Of a DNA stretch of 64,000 nt, positions 25,092 to 38,830 are shown in pieces. Position numbers and translations under genes: made by a program. Source of the DNA: Octopus sinensis (Eukaryota). Where the stretch lies: positions 60,202,001-60,266,000 of the forward strand of contig NC_043009.1 in assembly GCF_006345805.1 (NCBI RefSeq), given 5' to 3'. Within the stretch, counting starts at the first letter, position 1. Each line of letters opens with the position of its first letter. The notes under the pieces are model-generated. The model saw nothing but the letters and a program-made list of their open reading frames with translations. It ran no database searches and had not been told where the DNA came from.

Positions 25092-26194
25092 AGCATATTA
25101 CTCTACCACTGGTATTTGAGTACTCTTTTTTCCACCTTGTTTCACATTTATGTGTTTACTCCGGTATATATATATATTCAAAAGTCAAAAACGTATAGTA
25201 ATAAACAAACGAACGGAAAATAGATACAGGAAGTCAAGTTGAAAAACATATACTAAATGCACAGACGAACACAAAATGCCACCAACCCCTCATCACTTTA
25301 CGAACAGGGTGTCAAACGCAATTTCGTGCCATTATCGATAATATTGCTTCCACTCTGGACGCATCGCCATGAATATATGGAGGCAAGGGACCTTCTGCAA
25401 CAAGAAAGTTATAGTACAACATCCACTGTGGGCCCAGAAAAATATCTAATAAAAAACAAAGGGAAAACTAATATAAATCACCCCAACATGGCCACAGTCC
25501 AATGACTGAAGCAAATTTTCCTACTCTTTCTTTTTCTCTTTCCCTCTCTCTCTCTCTCTTCTTTTCTGCCTTTTTCTTTCTACTACAGCTATCTCTCCTC
25601 TCTTTCTGCCTTCTCCCTCTCTCTTCACTTTTCTCTCTCTCTCTTTCTACCTCCCTCTCTTTCTCCATTCTACGCTTTACTTATTTTGTTCCCCTCAGTT
25701 CCACACGCTTGTCGATTGTTACTTTAAACAATCAAATATAGGAGATGCTTGAATTTAATGCTCAGTGCTTACTTCGCCGACGACTACTTAAACTGATATA
25801 GAATAACATGCGAGTCGGCTGCTCAGCACCGCGACCACAACAACTGCCATCACCCATCGCCACCACCACCACCACCACTACCAACAACAACGCCGCCACA
25901 ACTATTACCACCACCACCACCACTACTACTACTATTATTAATACTACCACTAGTACCAATTTCTAACGAGGCCTCGTATATGGGAGAATGGTATAGTTCA
26001 ACACTAAGGCTATCACTACACTAGCCTTTATGCTACAGAATACAAGCACTATCATTACCACCAACTCCTCCACCACCATCACTGTGCTATAACACTAACA
26101 TCACCACCAACACCACCACTTCTACTATATATTGCTATATTCAACAACCATCGCCATTAATAAACCTATAAATCTACGAACATTATGTTATGTG

Positions 26195-26549
26195 TACTAC
26201 TACTCTTACCACTACTACTACTACTACTACTACAACTCCTCCTCCTACTATTACTAGTACTACAAATCCTACTACTACTACAACTCCTACTACTACTACT
26301 ACTACAACTCCTCCTCCTACTACTACTACTACAACTCCTACTACTACTACTACTACAACTACTACAACTCCTACTACTAATACTACTACAACTCCTACTA
26401 CTACTACTACGACTACTACTACTACTACAAATCCTACTATTATCGTTGTGTGTACTACTACTACTACAACTCCTACTACTACTACTACGACTACTACTAC
26501 GATTATTACTACTACTACTACTACAACTCCTACTACTACTAGTAGTACG

Positions 26550-26581
<32 letters not shown>

Positions 26582-26592
26582 AACTCCTACTA
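26195..26592. repeat. (CTA)n microsatellite with periodic caactcct interruptions
   Basis: Read directly. Confidence 0.95.
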
Positions 26593-27069
26593 CTATCGTT
26601 ATTACACAATCACTAACAACCTCCACCGTTACCGCCACAAATTATGCTTATAAATCTACCGCCGCCCCCGCTGCAACCATTACCAATAATAATACTGCCA
26701 CCACTACCACTACTACTACCGGTACCATCACTAAGATCACTATGCTATATACTACCACCACAACACATCAATACTGTAACATATACTTTACTTATCTTTC
26801 TGCTTGACTATTTTCTTGTAATAGATAATCCATAATCAATAACTGCTAAACTGATGGCTGCTGCTGCTGCTGCTTTTGTTGTCGTTGCTGTTGTTGTTGT
26901 TGTTGTTGTTGTTGTTTCTATCGTCAATGTCAACGGCGGCGGCGGCGGCGGTGACGGTAGCAGCGACTACGGTGGCGGCGACAACGACCAGACAGCGGCG
27001 GCAGCTGCGGCAGCGGCAACGAGGTGACAGCGTTCTAGTGGCAGCAGTTTCTCTAGTTATTGTTGTTCT

Positions 27070-27099
27070 AGATGACGACTATGATGATGATGATGACGT

Positions 27100-27140
<41 letters not shown>

Positions 27141-27603
27141 CTGATGATGACGATGATGATGATGATGACGATGATGATGATGATGACGATGATGATGATG
27201 ATGTTGATGATGACGATGATGATGATGATGATGACGATGATGATGATGATGTTGATGATGATGATGATGATTATGATGATGATGATGATGATGATGTCGA
27301 TGATGATGATGATGATGCTGATGATGATGATGATTATGATGACGATGATTATGATGACGATGATGATGATGATGATTATGATGATTATGATGATGATGAT
27401 GATGATGATGATGATTATGATGATGATGATGATGATGACGACGACGATGATGATGATTATGATGATGATGATGTTGATGATGATGTTGATGATGACGATG
27501 ATGAGGATGAGGATGATGTCGGCGACGATGATGATGATGATGATGATGACAACGATGATGACCACGACGATGATGATGATGATAATGATGATGATGATTA
27601 TGA
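27070..27603. repeat. long (GAT)n microsatellite
   Basis: Read directly; source of the poly-D/M/I ORFs. Confidence 0.95.
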
Positions 27604-27651
27604 TGGTACTGTTGTTGCTGCTGCTAAGGATGATGGTGCTGATAATAAAAC

Positions 27652-27824
27652 AGGTGCAGGAGTGGCTGTGTGGTAAGTAGCTTGCTTCCCAGCCACATGG
27701 TTCCGGGTTCAGTCCCACTGCATGGCACCTTAGGCAAGTGTCTTCTACTATAGCCTCAGGCCGACCAAAGCCTTGTGAGTTGATTTGGTAGACAGAAACT
27801 GAAAAGAAGCCCGTCGTATATATG

Positions 27825-27863
<39 letters not shown>

Positions 27864-28105
27864 CTATGTATGTATGAGTGTGTATATGTTTGTGCGTCTG
27901 TGTTTGTCCCCCCCAACATCGCTTGACAACCGATGCTGGTGTGTTTACGACCCCGTAACTTAGCGGTCCGGCAAAAGATGACCGATAGAATAAGTACTAG
28001 GCTTACAAAGAATAAGTCCTGGGGATCGATTTGCTCGACTAAAGGCGGTGCTCCAGCATGGCCGCAGTCAAATGACTGAAACAAATAAAAAGAGTAAAAA
28101 AAAAG
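27652..28105 (+). mobile_element. SINE family C, full length
   Basis: Match to 9762-10163. Confidence 0.9.
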
Positions 28106-28805
28106 AAAGGGAGTAAAGAGTTAACCCCGGTTCAGTCCTGACTGAACATATCGTCCGTGAAAAAAGCTGACCATTAACACACATTTTTTTCTTTTCTATT
28201 CCTTCCTTTTTTTCTATTTTCTTTTTTTTTTTTTTTTTTTTTTTTTTGCTTTGTCCAACACCGTATATCCAGGACTACATTATTCGATGTATCCTTCACT
28301 CGAATTACACCATCACCGACCATCCTTAACGAAACTGATAGTTTTAGTGGGATAAACAACACGCAGACGTTACTCAGAATCACCGGCCCGAGCGTTCGAC
28401 TCTAACCTGGGTCTACCAATTTTTTTTTTTTTATGAGGGAATTTGGTAAACGGAAACCTGATGGAGATTGTTACTACTTTCGTGACTGTGTGATAAGAAT
28501 TTTGCATCTCAGCCACATTGTTCCGGGTTCAGTCCCACTGCGTGTCACCTTGGACAAGCATCTTCTACTATAGTCCTGGGCCGACTAAAGCCTTGAAGGT
28601 GGATTTAAAAAAACAGAAAAAAATGAGTAGAGATAGCTTTTGGTGGGGGGGGGGCATAATTTTTATTTTAATCTTATTTTAATTTACAGTAAACATTATT
28701 ATTAAGATTAAAACAAATATTATCCCCCCCCAAAAAAAAGCCATCTCTACTCATGTTTTCAAATATATATAATACTGTACAAAGAACTTTCCTTCTATTA
28801 TTCTT

Positions 28806-29320
<515 letters not shown>

Positions 29321-29639
29321 TGTGTGTGCTCATAGGGTTAAAGTAGGTTTGGTGGGGAGTGCTTAAGTAGCATATAGATGGCGCTTAGTTGAGAAAGATT
29401 GGTGGAGAATGAAAGATGATATTATCCACATAGAAGTGAAAATTATTAGATACGACGGCAAGTAGGTGGTTCACGTATAAGAAGACTGTAGATAAGAAAC
29501 AAAGCCGACCCTTGGCCTTCATCAGAGTTGAAAGACGGTGAGTAAGAGAGAGGGTTTAATAAGTACAGACGGTAACAGCGCGATATGGCGAGAATAAACA
29601 GATCCAAGAGATGAGAACCGAGTAGAGAACACAGGCACC

Positions 29640-29995
29640 TGTGGTGGTGGTGGTGGTGGTGGTGGTGATGGTGATGGTGGTGGTGGTGGCAGTGGTGGTG
29701 GTGGTGGTGGTTTTGGTAATGGTGGTGATGGTGGTGGTGGTGATGGTGGTGGTGGTGGTGATGGTGGTAATGGTGATGGTGGTGGGGTGGTGATGGTAGT
29801 GGTGGTGGTGGTGGTGGTGATGGTGGTGGGTGGTGGTGGTGGTGGTAATGGTGATGGTTTTTGTGGTGGTGATAGTGATGGTAGTGGTGGCGGTGGTGGC
29901 GGTGGTGGTAGTGGTGGTGGTGATAGTGATGGTGGTGGTGGTGGTGGTGGTGCGGATGGTTTACATAATGATGGTAGTAGTAGTAGTAGTAGTGA
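29640..29995. repeat. (GGT)n-dominated microsatellite
   Basis: Read directly. Confidence 0.95.
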
Positions 29996-30355
29996 TGGAC
30001 GTATTGATGGTTATCGTGGTTATTAATGATATTGTAGTTCGACTTAAAAGATTTACCCTGGTTTGTTTATTTTTCTGCTGATTTCTTCCAGAAATATTGT
30101 TTTTGTCTTAGATGTTTACTGTTTAATCCTTTTATCGACCATTCGATCTTTCCTGACGCCATCCTTCTTTTAATTTAGAAACGTGTGTATGTATGCACAC
30201 ACACATACACCCACACACACACACATACACACACATATATATTTGGACAGATATACCCATACGTCTACAAGGTGAGGCATATAGTGTTTATGTACATACT
30301 AGCATATGATAGAAAATGGTGCATCAGTACAACAGGAAAAACCATTGATAAATAT

Positions 30356-30591
30356 ATATTTCTTTATTACCCACAAGGGGCTAAACACAGAGGGGGACAA
30401 ACAAGGACAGACATAGGTATTAAGTCGATTATATCGACCCCAGTGCGTAACTGGTACTTAATTTATCGACCCCGAAAGGATGAAAGGCAAAGTCGACCTC
30501 GGCGGAATTTGAACTCACAACGTAACGCAGACGAAATACCGCTAAGCATTTCGCCCGGCGTGCTAACGTTTCTGCCAGCTCGCCGCCTTTA
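30356..30591 (-). mobile_element. SINE family A, full length
   Basis: 12 bp TSD attgataaatat at 30344-30355 and 30592-30603. Confidence 0.95.
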
Positions 30592-31543
30592 ATTGATAAA
30601 TATCAACAATCGAATTAATATATGTACATACATAGAACTGAAGCACCTTTAACGTCTCGGTTAAAAATATTATCGTCCATGTAATATATAAGACATCCAC
30701 TTTTCCCTACTCACATGGATCAGACAGGTTATGTAACACCGGCTGCCCTTCTTGCCACCAACCTCATGTATTTACAAGTAAAGTAATACTTACCATGTCT
30801 AGACAGGATTACGTGGAAGATTGGAATCAAAGAACACACTTTGCATGACAGTGACACGCCCAGGTACATTTATTAATACGTTCATACTATATGATGGACC
30901 TTCGTCCACAAGACCTTCGTCCGCCTACAACTCCTAGATCGAGTTAAGGTGGGCTTAGTATAAGTGATATCTTCATAAAAGTTAGACATTTCTTACCGCA
31001 AAGCAGTCTTATTTAAAGCAAACGTTTTATCTGCCGGTTTCTGTTCTGCTACCACATTTTAGGAAATTGTAATGAGAAAGCAGTGGCTGTGCTGAAAAAG
31101 GTTGAAGTGAGAGAATGAAGTTATTATAAAGAGAGATAGGCAGTAAATAAAGATTATGTGATTGTACATGGACGATCACAAATATAATGATATTGGTATG
31201 TGCAATTTTCACCTGACCATAAGGTGGGGGTTTTATTATTGAAATTGATATTCAAAAGTAATTTCAAGTCATATAAAAATAACGATTCCAAGCAATATAA
31301 GCAAATTTCAGACGTAATATTCACAGCAATTCAGATAATATATAAAAATGGTTCGTGTGTAATATATAAAGCAATTCAAGTATCATATAGAAATGTACGT
31401 ATTACATGCAATACAAAACGTAAAAGCATCATAAAGTTGCATTAGACGAGTGAACGGTATACGTTGAGAAAAATATGAGCTGTAAATTAAAAGAAATAAG
31501 TTCTTTTGAGTGTAATATAATTATAGAATTGAAATATATATTC

Positions 31544-31750
31544 ACAGATGTGTAGCAAAACGCCCCCCGTCCAATGGACGGTGCTGAGTTGTCAAACATT
31601 TAAACCAAATTTTCTCAAAAACTTGTCCGAACCTACCCGCCGTCCATAGGCCTCCTCTCTTTTAGAAACACTGATTTAACCTAAATTTGGGACACCACCA
31701 GCAAAAGAAGAATACAGATAGACTTTTTTCTATTCCAAAGAAAAACGATT
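31544..31750 (-). mobile_element. 3' half of Helitron-like family H2
   Basis: Matches 8658-8850, with a perfect ccgtccattggacgg hairpin on the minus strand. Confidence 0.65.
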
Positions 31751-32092
31751 TATTCACACAAATATGCAACCGAAGAGTTTAAAGTACCAGTAATGATAAG
31801 GCTGTTGACTGGGAGAACACAAACATGGTTTAAACAGTAAGCTTGGCAGGAAAGAAACGTGCCTTTAAACTGAAAGAAGACCGTTGATTTGCTGCTACCC
31901 GAAACACCGAAAAATATAAGTTCGATGTAACTAGACATTTCTTGAACTGCTTCCTTCTGAGGGTGGGGCTTTGCGCCTGAGATATAAATGGTTCTGTAAA
32001 ACTTTCTTTCTGCATTGTTAGATGCATTCTTATTTTTCATTTTCTTTATCTACTTCTGTACTACAATGCTTCAAACAAACTACAACACCCTT

Positions 32093-32126
<34 letters not shown>

Positions 32127-32148
32127 TTATAGATAAAGGGTAAAAAAT

Positions 32149-32206
32149 ATTATGTTGATAAAGGAAATGAATTTTTATAATTCTAATCCAGAAACGCGTC
32201 CATAAT
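32149..32206 (+). ncRNA. minimal type I hammerhead-ribozyme-like motif with U3-A8 core
   Basis: ATTATG (stem I) - TTGATAA - a gga...tcc a (stem II) - GAAA - CGCG - TC - CATAAT (stem I). Stem III is the palindrome ACGCGT. Confidence 0.6.
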
Positions 32207-32372
32207 TAATCGAAGACTGTTTGATTTCATTATTTTCCTTCTTTTTAGCTATGTGAGTTGCAGATATTGTTATCTGTGGGGTCATATTTTGTAGCGAAAA
32301 GAAATAAGTCTTTTGGCTGCTATTTCTAAATTTTCAGTATGTGGTGAAGCAACTTGTTGCTAAACCCTTAAT

Positions 32373-32407
<35 letters not shown>

Positions 32408-32429
32408 TGTGTGTGTGTGTGTGTGTGTG

Positions 32430-32640
32430 TGTGTTTGTCCCCTACCAAGCAGTGCTGGTGTGTTTACGTCCACGTAACTTACCTGTTCGGTAAAAGAGAC
32501 CGATAGAATAAGTACCAGACTTTAAAGAAAGGTAAGTACTGAGGTCGATATTTATTCGACTAAAAATTCTTCAAGGCCCAAGGTGTCGCCCCAGCATGGC
32601 CGCAGTCTAATGATTACAACAAGTAAAAGATAAAAGAGAA
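32430..32640 (+). mobile_element. SINE family C-like 3' half (diverged subfamily)
   Basis: gtgctggtgtgtttacgtcc...cagcatggccgcagtc..aagtaaaagataaaagag. Confidence 0.75.
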
Positions 32641-32679
32641 AAAGATGGACGTCATAGTGAATATATAAAGAAAAAAGGA

Positions 32680-32896
32680 TACTCTTTTACTCTTTTACTT
32701 GTTTCAGACATTTGATTGCGGCCATGCTGGAGCACCGCCTTTAGTCGAGCAAATTGACCCCGGGACTTATTCTTTGTAAGCCCAGTACTTATTCTATCGG
32801 TCACTTTTGCCGAACCGCTAAGTGACGGGGACGTAAACACACCAGCATCGGTTGTCAAGCAATGCTAGGGGGACAAACACAGACACACAAACATAT

Positions 32897-32931
<35 letters not shown>

Positions 32932-33101
32932 CATATATACGACAGGACTCTTTCAGTTTCCGTCTACCAAATCCACTCACAAGGCATTGGTCGGCCCGGG
33001 GCTATAGCAGAAGACACTTGCCCAAGATGCCACTCAGTGAGACTGAACCCGGAACCATGTGGTTGGTTAGCAAGCTACTTACCACACAGCCACTCCTGCG
33101 C
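32680..33101 (-). mobile_element. SINE family C, full length
   Basis: Reverse-complement match ending accacacagccactcctgcgcc. Confidence 0.9.
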
Positions 33102-33683
33102 CTTATATTGAAACATGAAGAATGTTATGATGTATGTGTAAGAAGAGATGGAACTGGTATGTGCAGATGGATTTCAATAAGGAAATTATTGAAATGGATT
33201 ATTGTTTGATCATTCTATTTTGAAAAGCAAATATTAGATACTGAACAATGAAATGAAATTTCTTACGGTTGAGATAATCAATGTTATTATGTTAAATGTT
33301 AAACCTCTGACTTTTTTACAATATAAACTTATATTTTAACTAATTACAGAGGCAGTTTACGTCATAGAAATATAAACTTGTCTTATGAATATTTTATTAT
33401 TACTTCTATGATTCAAGAGAACCAAATATTAAAAAGACAACATAATCTATCTTAGCGTTTATTGCAATAAATTATTTATAAAGAGCGATAATGTGGTGTC
33501 TCGTTTGAAATATGACGAAAGTTTATCCGAAATACAAGATATGTTTTCAAATATTTAGGTGTGAAAAAATATATACTGAATTGATAAAAGTATATAATAG
33601 TTGTTGTACTTCAGACTTATCTGTCTCTGGAATTATAATAACGTTTACAATAATAAATAGAATTACCAGGCGTAAATAAGATC

Positions 33684-33896
33684 TTTTCTACTAAAGGCAC
33701 AAGGCCTGAAATTTTGGGGAAGGGGACTAGTCGTTTACGTCGACCTCAGTGTTTCACTGGTACTTCATTTACCGACCTCGAAAGGATGAAAGAAAAAGTC
33801 GAACTCGGCAGAATTTGAACTCAGAATGTAAAGACGGATAAAATGCTCCTAAACATTTCGCTCAGCGTGCTAACAACTGTGCTAGCTCGCCGCCTT
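33684..33896 (-). mobile_element. SINE family B, full length
   Basis: Family A head with tail aaatttcaggccttgtgcctttagtagaaa on the minus strand. Confidence 0.85.
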
Positions 33897-35708
33897 TTGG
33901 GCATTAAAGAATGTCATGCAAACTTTAATGGAATTGGTTCTCTAAGTACTAATAAAACTCTAAATGATAGCACATTCTTCGACTTTTTCTATACAAAATA
34001 GTTTTTGACTCCAAAAATAACGTGCTATTATTTACAGTTTTATATCTACTTCGAAAACCAATTCCACAAAAAAAAAATGAATTATTCCACCTTCTCTCCA
34101 AAGTTTATAAATTCTTTTGATGTTATAAAAATTAATTTAAAAGTAAATTTGGTTTTTGAAAATATATGAAGGCATTCGATTTAACGTATCGCATGTTCTG
34201 AAAATAAATATGAAATCGTATATTCTCTCTAGTGTATTATAATGGTACAGGGCCGGGATAATCTCAACATGTTAAAAATAAAATAAAATTTAGGGGTTAA
34301 TGTAAAGCAAAAATAATATTTTTGAATAAAGTCGGCAGTTTAAAAGTTTGAAATAATACATCATAACAAATGAGATGTAGAAAATCGTCTCATTTCAATA
34401 ATTCTTAATCCTTCTGCTTCAAGCCTGGCTCCATTTTCTTGTTTAATTTCGTTTTCTTTCTGATGAATTTTTGATACACTACAAAATAAATCTATAGATT
34501 TTAGCCAACACTGCATGTTATGTTTCTCTTTGTTTTGCTTACTGTCGTTTTGCAGTACTCCCTTTCCTTTGGAATTCAAGTCAAATATTGACCTCTTCAT
34601 TTATTTTCATCCGTTTATGTTTGACCAAATGCATATTAGAAAATTTGGCTCTTTACCTCCTGACACTTACGTTATCACTCCCTAACTCTCCTACTCACTC
34701 ACAAGTGCCATTCTTTTTTTCTTTCCTTCTGTCTATCTTTCTGTCTTTCTTCTTTCTTTCTTTGTCACACACTTCTCTTGCGAGAGTTTAAAAAAATCAT
34801 ATACTCTACACAAAAGTATTGAATAATTTTTCAGTTTCATGTTAAATTGTTTTTAACTTGACATAAATACAAACATTAATGTATATATAATTTTCTCTTT
34901 GTTTTTTCTGTCAATCGAAGTCTTCCACCATTTTTCTATTTATTAACCAACATCTCACCCAGACTTCTATATCATACACAAATTTCTTTCTCTCATGTCT
35001 TTATCATATGCTTACTCTCTGAGCTTATATTTTATCTCGTTATTTCTCTAATTATTTATCTTTATTGTAAGACTTCCTTTTAAATCTTTACGCACATCTC
35101 TTATTTCGATACATAATCGTGTTATCTCTTCCACTCGTTTTTTTCATTCTCTCCGTATTTTTCACTCTACTCGTATGTCTGTCTGCCTCACCAACATTCT
35201 TGAGTGCTGACTATTTTTCTCTCCTTGTCTCTCTATCTCCTTCCCACTTATCTGTTTATCAATCTAATCTACCTATAGCAACTTATCTATTTGTCAATCT
35301 AATCCACATAAGCTAATCGCTTATACCAAAAAAAGAAAAGCTACATTCATGTCATGCGACTGATATGAACGCGTACCTACATATTTAATTTTGAGAATTA
35401 TTTAACTACATACTACAGATGACACACTAACTCATTCACTTTTTTTTAAAAATCAGCAATAGCATTACATTAACCAATTTACTAGTGTGGCCGGTGAAAC
35501 TTATTGCTTACTTCCACGTAGAAAACTTATGCTTTCTTTTGAATTAAATTCGACACGGATTCGAACCATCTATATTCTCGGTTGAATATTCAGCTTCAAG
35601 AATGGAAATCATACAAGTAAGGAACAGACTCAGACAATGGATTGATCTAGATGTAGAATGTAATAAAAAAATTGAGAGAATTGTTGTAGGAGGTCTTCTT
35701 TAAACAGT

Positions 35709-35858
35709 TTTAGTTAGTTAGTTAGTTAGTTAATTTTTTGGCTCAGAAAGCAAAAAGCAAGGCCATGTAGGGGGACATGGAGTTTTGTACAGGGTGGTGT
35801 TCATGTAAAGAGTTCAGACCACTTGAGGTCAAAGGAGACTTTGAACCGAGCGGTCGAG
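35709..35858 (-). mobile_element. possible 3' end of a LINE (Tx1-like) with a (TAAC)n tail
   Basis: Minus strand reads ...ARFKVSFDLKWSELFT*, then a short UTR and (ctaa)n. The clade call rests only on a terminal F...W pattern. Confidence 0.35.
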
Positions 35859-36086
35859 TTTTTACATACCGATGCGACGTGATAGAAATCGATTCAACAT
35901 TGCAACATGGAATTCCAACCCAGTACCACTTTTCCTACTAGTTTTCTGGTTTAAAATTTTTGATATTTTTTGCTACACATCTGTTATATAAAATCCGTTC
36001 TGTCTGTCTGTTTGTCTGTGTTACTTCTAGGATCTCGGGTATCCTCCACCCGATTGCGCTCAAATTTGATATGTAGATACCGACGT

Positions 36087-36267
36087 AAAAACATACCTTG
36101 ATGAATTCATTGCCATGAAACCACCTCAGTTTTGGGAAGAGGGTATTTTCAAGTTAAGGAAATGATGGAGACGCATTGTGCAACAAAATGGTTCATATTT
36201 GGTTGATTAAGAATATAATGGCAAGTATTTATTGACCTTTTCCTTTTCCTTTCCTTTAAAAATCGGC
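36087..36267 (+). pseudogene. mariner 3' fragment, same family as 47096-47661
   Basis: gatgaattc.ttgccatgaaaccacctca.tt.tggga.gag.gtattttcaagttaa...aaaaatcggc (start of the right TIR). Confidence 0.85.
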
Positions 36268-37115
36268 GGTCAGAGCTCTCCAAGTCTAAATACCGTTGTA
36301 GTTGTCCGTGCTTTTCATCTTTCCGCACAGGATATGATAGAGTACCAGTAAAGTACAAGATACGATGTAATCGACTCTACCCTCACCTACAAGTATACCT
36401 GTATTATTGCTGAAAGAAAAATCGATTTCGTAAACTTTGTTTACGTTCCTCAAGAAAACTTTGATATTGTGCCTATTTTAGAAATCGATATTCAGCTAAT
36501 TTAAGCAACGGTAAGGGTTAAAAAGAAGACGAAATACGTAAGAGTACGAGGAAATTATTGATGGTCTCACTGGCCAAAAACTACGTCAATTTGCATTGAC
36601 GTCACGCAAGCTGTTTATTTCACGAAACAAATTATCATTAACATTCTATAACCACTGATTTCCTTTTTCCTTCTCTTTCTCTCACTCACTGTCTCTCTCT
36701 CTCCCTCTTATATATATATAAGAGAGAGTTTATGTATGTATATATACATATATATATATATATAAGAGAGAGAGTTTATGTATGTATATATACATATATA
36801 TTATATATATATATATAATATATATACATATATACATATATATATATATATACATATATATATACATATATATACATATATATACATATATATATACATA
36901 CATACATAAATATATATATATATAATATACATATATATATATATATATATATATCTATATATATAATATATATAAACACAATGCTTACACATTTCAATAA
37001 ATGTATTTAGTTGTGTGTGTGTGGCTATATGGTTGTCTATATATATATATATATATGTAGATACACACACATACACACACACACACATACACACACACAT
37101 ATATATATATATATA

Positions 37116-37741
37116 CTTTCTATTTTAAGAAGCGATACGAAAACATTGTATATATTAACTTCATTTCGTTTATTAATATGCTGCTGTAGTTTATGTCCAC
37201 AACATCTATAATTAGACGTTGCAGCTATTGCCGGTCACTCCACGTGACCAAACGCATCTATTTATATGTGTGACCACTGATGACTGCCAGACTCAGCTGC
37301 GGTCACTTTCACATTCAACATCTCATTGCAGGATATTTTGATATCACAAACAAGGAAAACTCACATGCACACACACACCACACACACACACACCACAACA
37401 CACACATAAACAACACATACACAACATACACATGCACAAACAGACACACATACACACACACACACATACCACACCACATATATAATATATATACTTTCTA
37501 TTTTAAGAAGCGATACGAAAACATTGTATATATTAACTTCATTTCGTTTATTAATATGCTGCTGTAGTTTATGTCCACAACATCTATATTAGACGTTGCA
37601 GCTATTGCCGGTCACTCCACGTGACCAAACGCATCTATTTATATGTGTGACCACTGATGACTGCCAGACTCAGCTGCGGTCACTTTCACATTCAACATCT
37701 CATTGCAGGATATTTTGATCACAAACAAGGAAAACACACAT

Positions 37742-37789
<48 letters not shown>

Positions 37790-37865
37790 ACACATACACA
37801 ACATACACATGCACAAACAGACACACACACACACACACACGCACGCACGCACACACACACATATA
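37116..37865. repeat. tandem duplication of a 378 bp unit bounded by TA/CA microsatellites
   Basis: ctttctattttaagaagcg at 37116 and 37494. Confidence 0.9.
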
Positions 37866-38027
37866 TATACATGAATTTAATAGATCAAAATGACGACAAA
37901 TTGCTTCTTTGCATGGCAACGAATCATTATAGAAAAAAATAGCCCTCGCGATTAGCACCATTATAAAGATTGTACTCATCGCCATCATCATCACCATCAT
38001 CATCATAACCACCACCACCACCACAAA

Positions 38028-38059
<32 letters not shown>

Positions 38060-38151
38060 CCACCACCACCACCACCACCACCACCATCATCATCATCACC
38101 ACCACCACCACTACCACCATCATCATCATCATCATAACCACCACCACAACC

Positions 38152-38182
<31 letters not shown>

Positions 38183-38722
38183 CCACCACCACCACCACCA
38201 CCACACCACCACCATCGTCGCCATCATGTCCGGGATCCCTTTTGCCATCATGTTGTTAAGTGGCGCATTAACATCTATTTTCTGCTATATACTTTTCTTA
38301 CTGGAGTTAATCCTTTCATAAAACCGCGTAATCTTTGCAGCATGTGTGTCTGTGTGTGTGTACGGCTGGTGCAGAATAAATCGTACATGCCTCCACCCAC
38401 GCTTACCCCCACCCAGCTCTAACAGTGTTCCACTGGTTTATCAGCGCTAATATTCCCAAAGGAACTGGAAATACCTATTTTTACTCGTAAATCTGGATCG
38501 TATCTTTATATCCCACTGGATCATATGTGTGTGCATGTGTGAATGTATGTATGTATGTATGTATGTATGTATGTATGTATGTATGTATGTATGTATGTAT
38601 GTATGTGTGTATATGTGCGTGTATGCACACACATATACATATTTCCAATAATAATAATGTATATGACTTGAGATGTTTGTATTGCGTTAACGTTTGTTGT
38701 TCTCTTTAACAGTTATAAATAT

Positions 38723-38756
<34 letters not shown>

Positions 38757-38830
38757 CGCCATGCTGATTCGCTAGCCTCTGCACGCATTTTTTTCTCCCC
38801 TTGTTTCTTTCTGTGTTTCTTTTCTGTGTA

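Noticed and set aside
26876-28084. Long poly-D, poly-M, poly-I and poly-T ORFs resembling acidic or mucin-like proteins
   Set aside because: They are (GAT)n and (CTA)n arrays open in several frames at once and running into a SINE, with no splice or codon evidence.
29500-29530. Minus-strand CTGATGA-A-GGCC-AAG-GGTC hammerhead half
   Set aside because: No GAAA follows stem II, and there is no stem I or III.
35709-35733. Telomeric repeat
   Set aside because: It is (TTAG)n, not TTAGGG or TTAGG, and is better explained as a retroelement tail.
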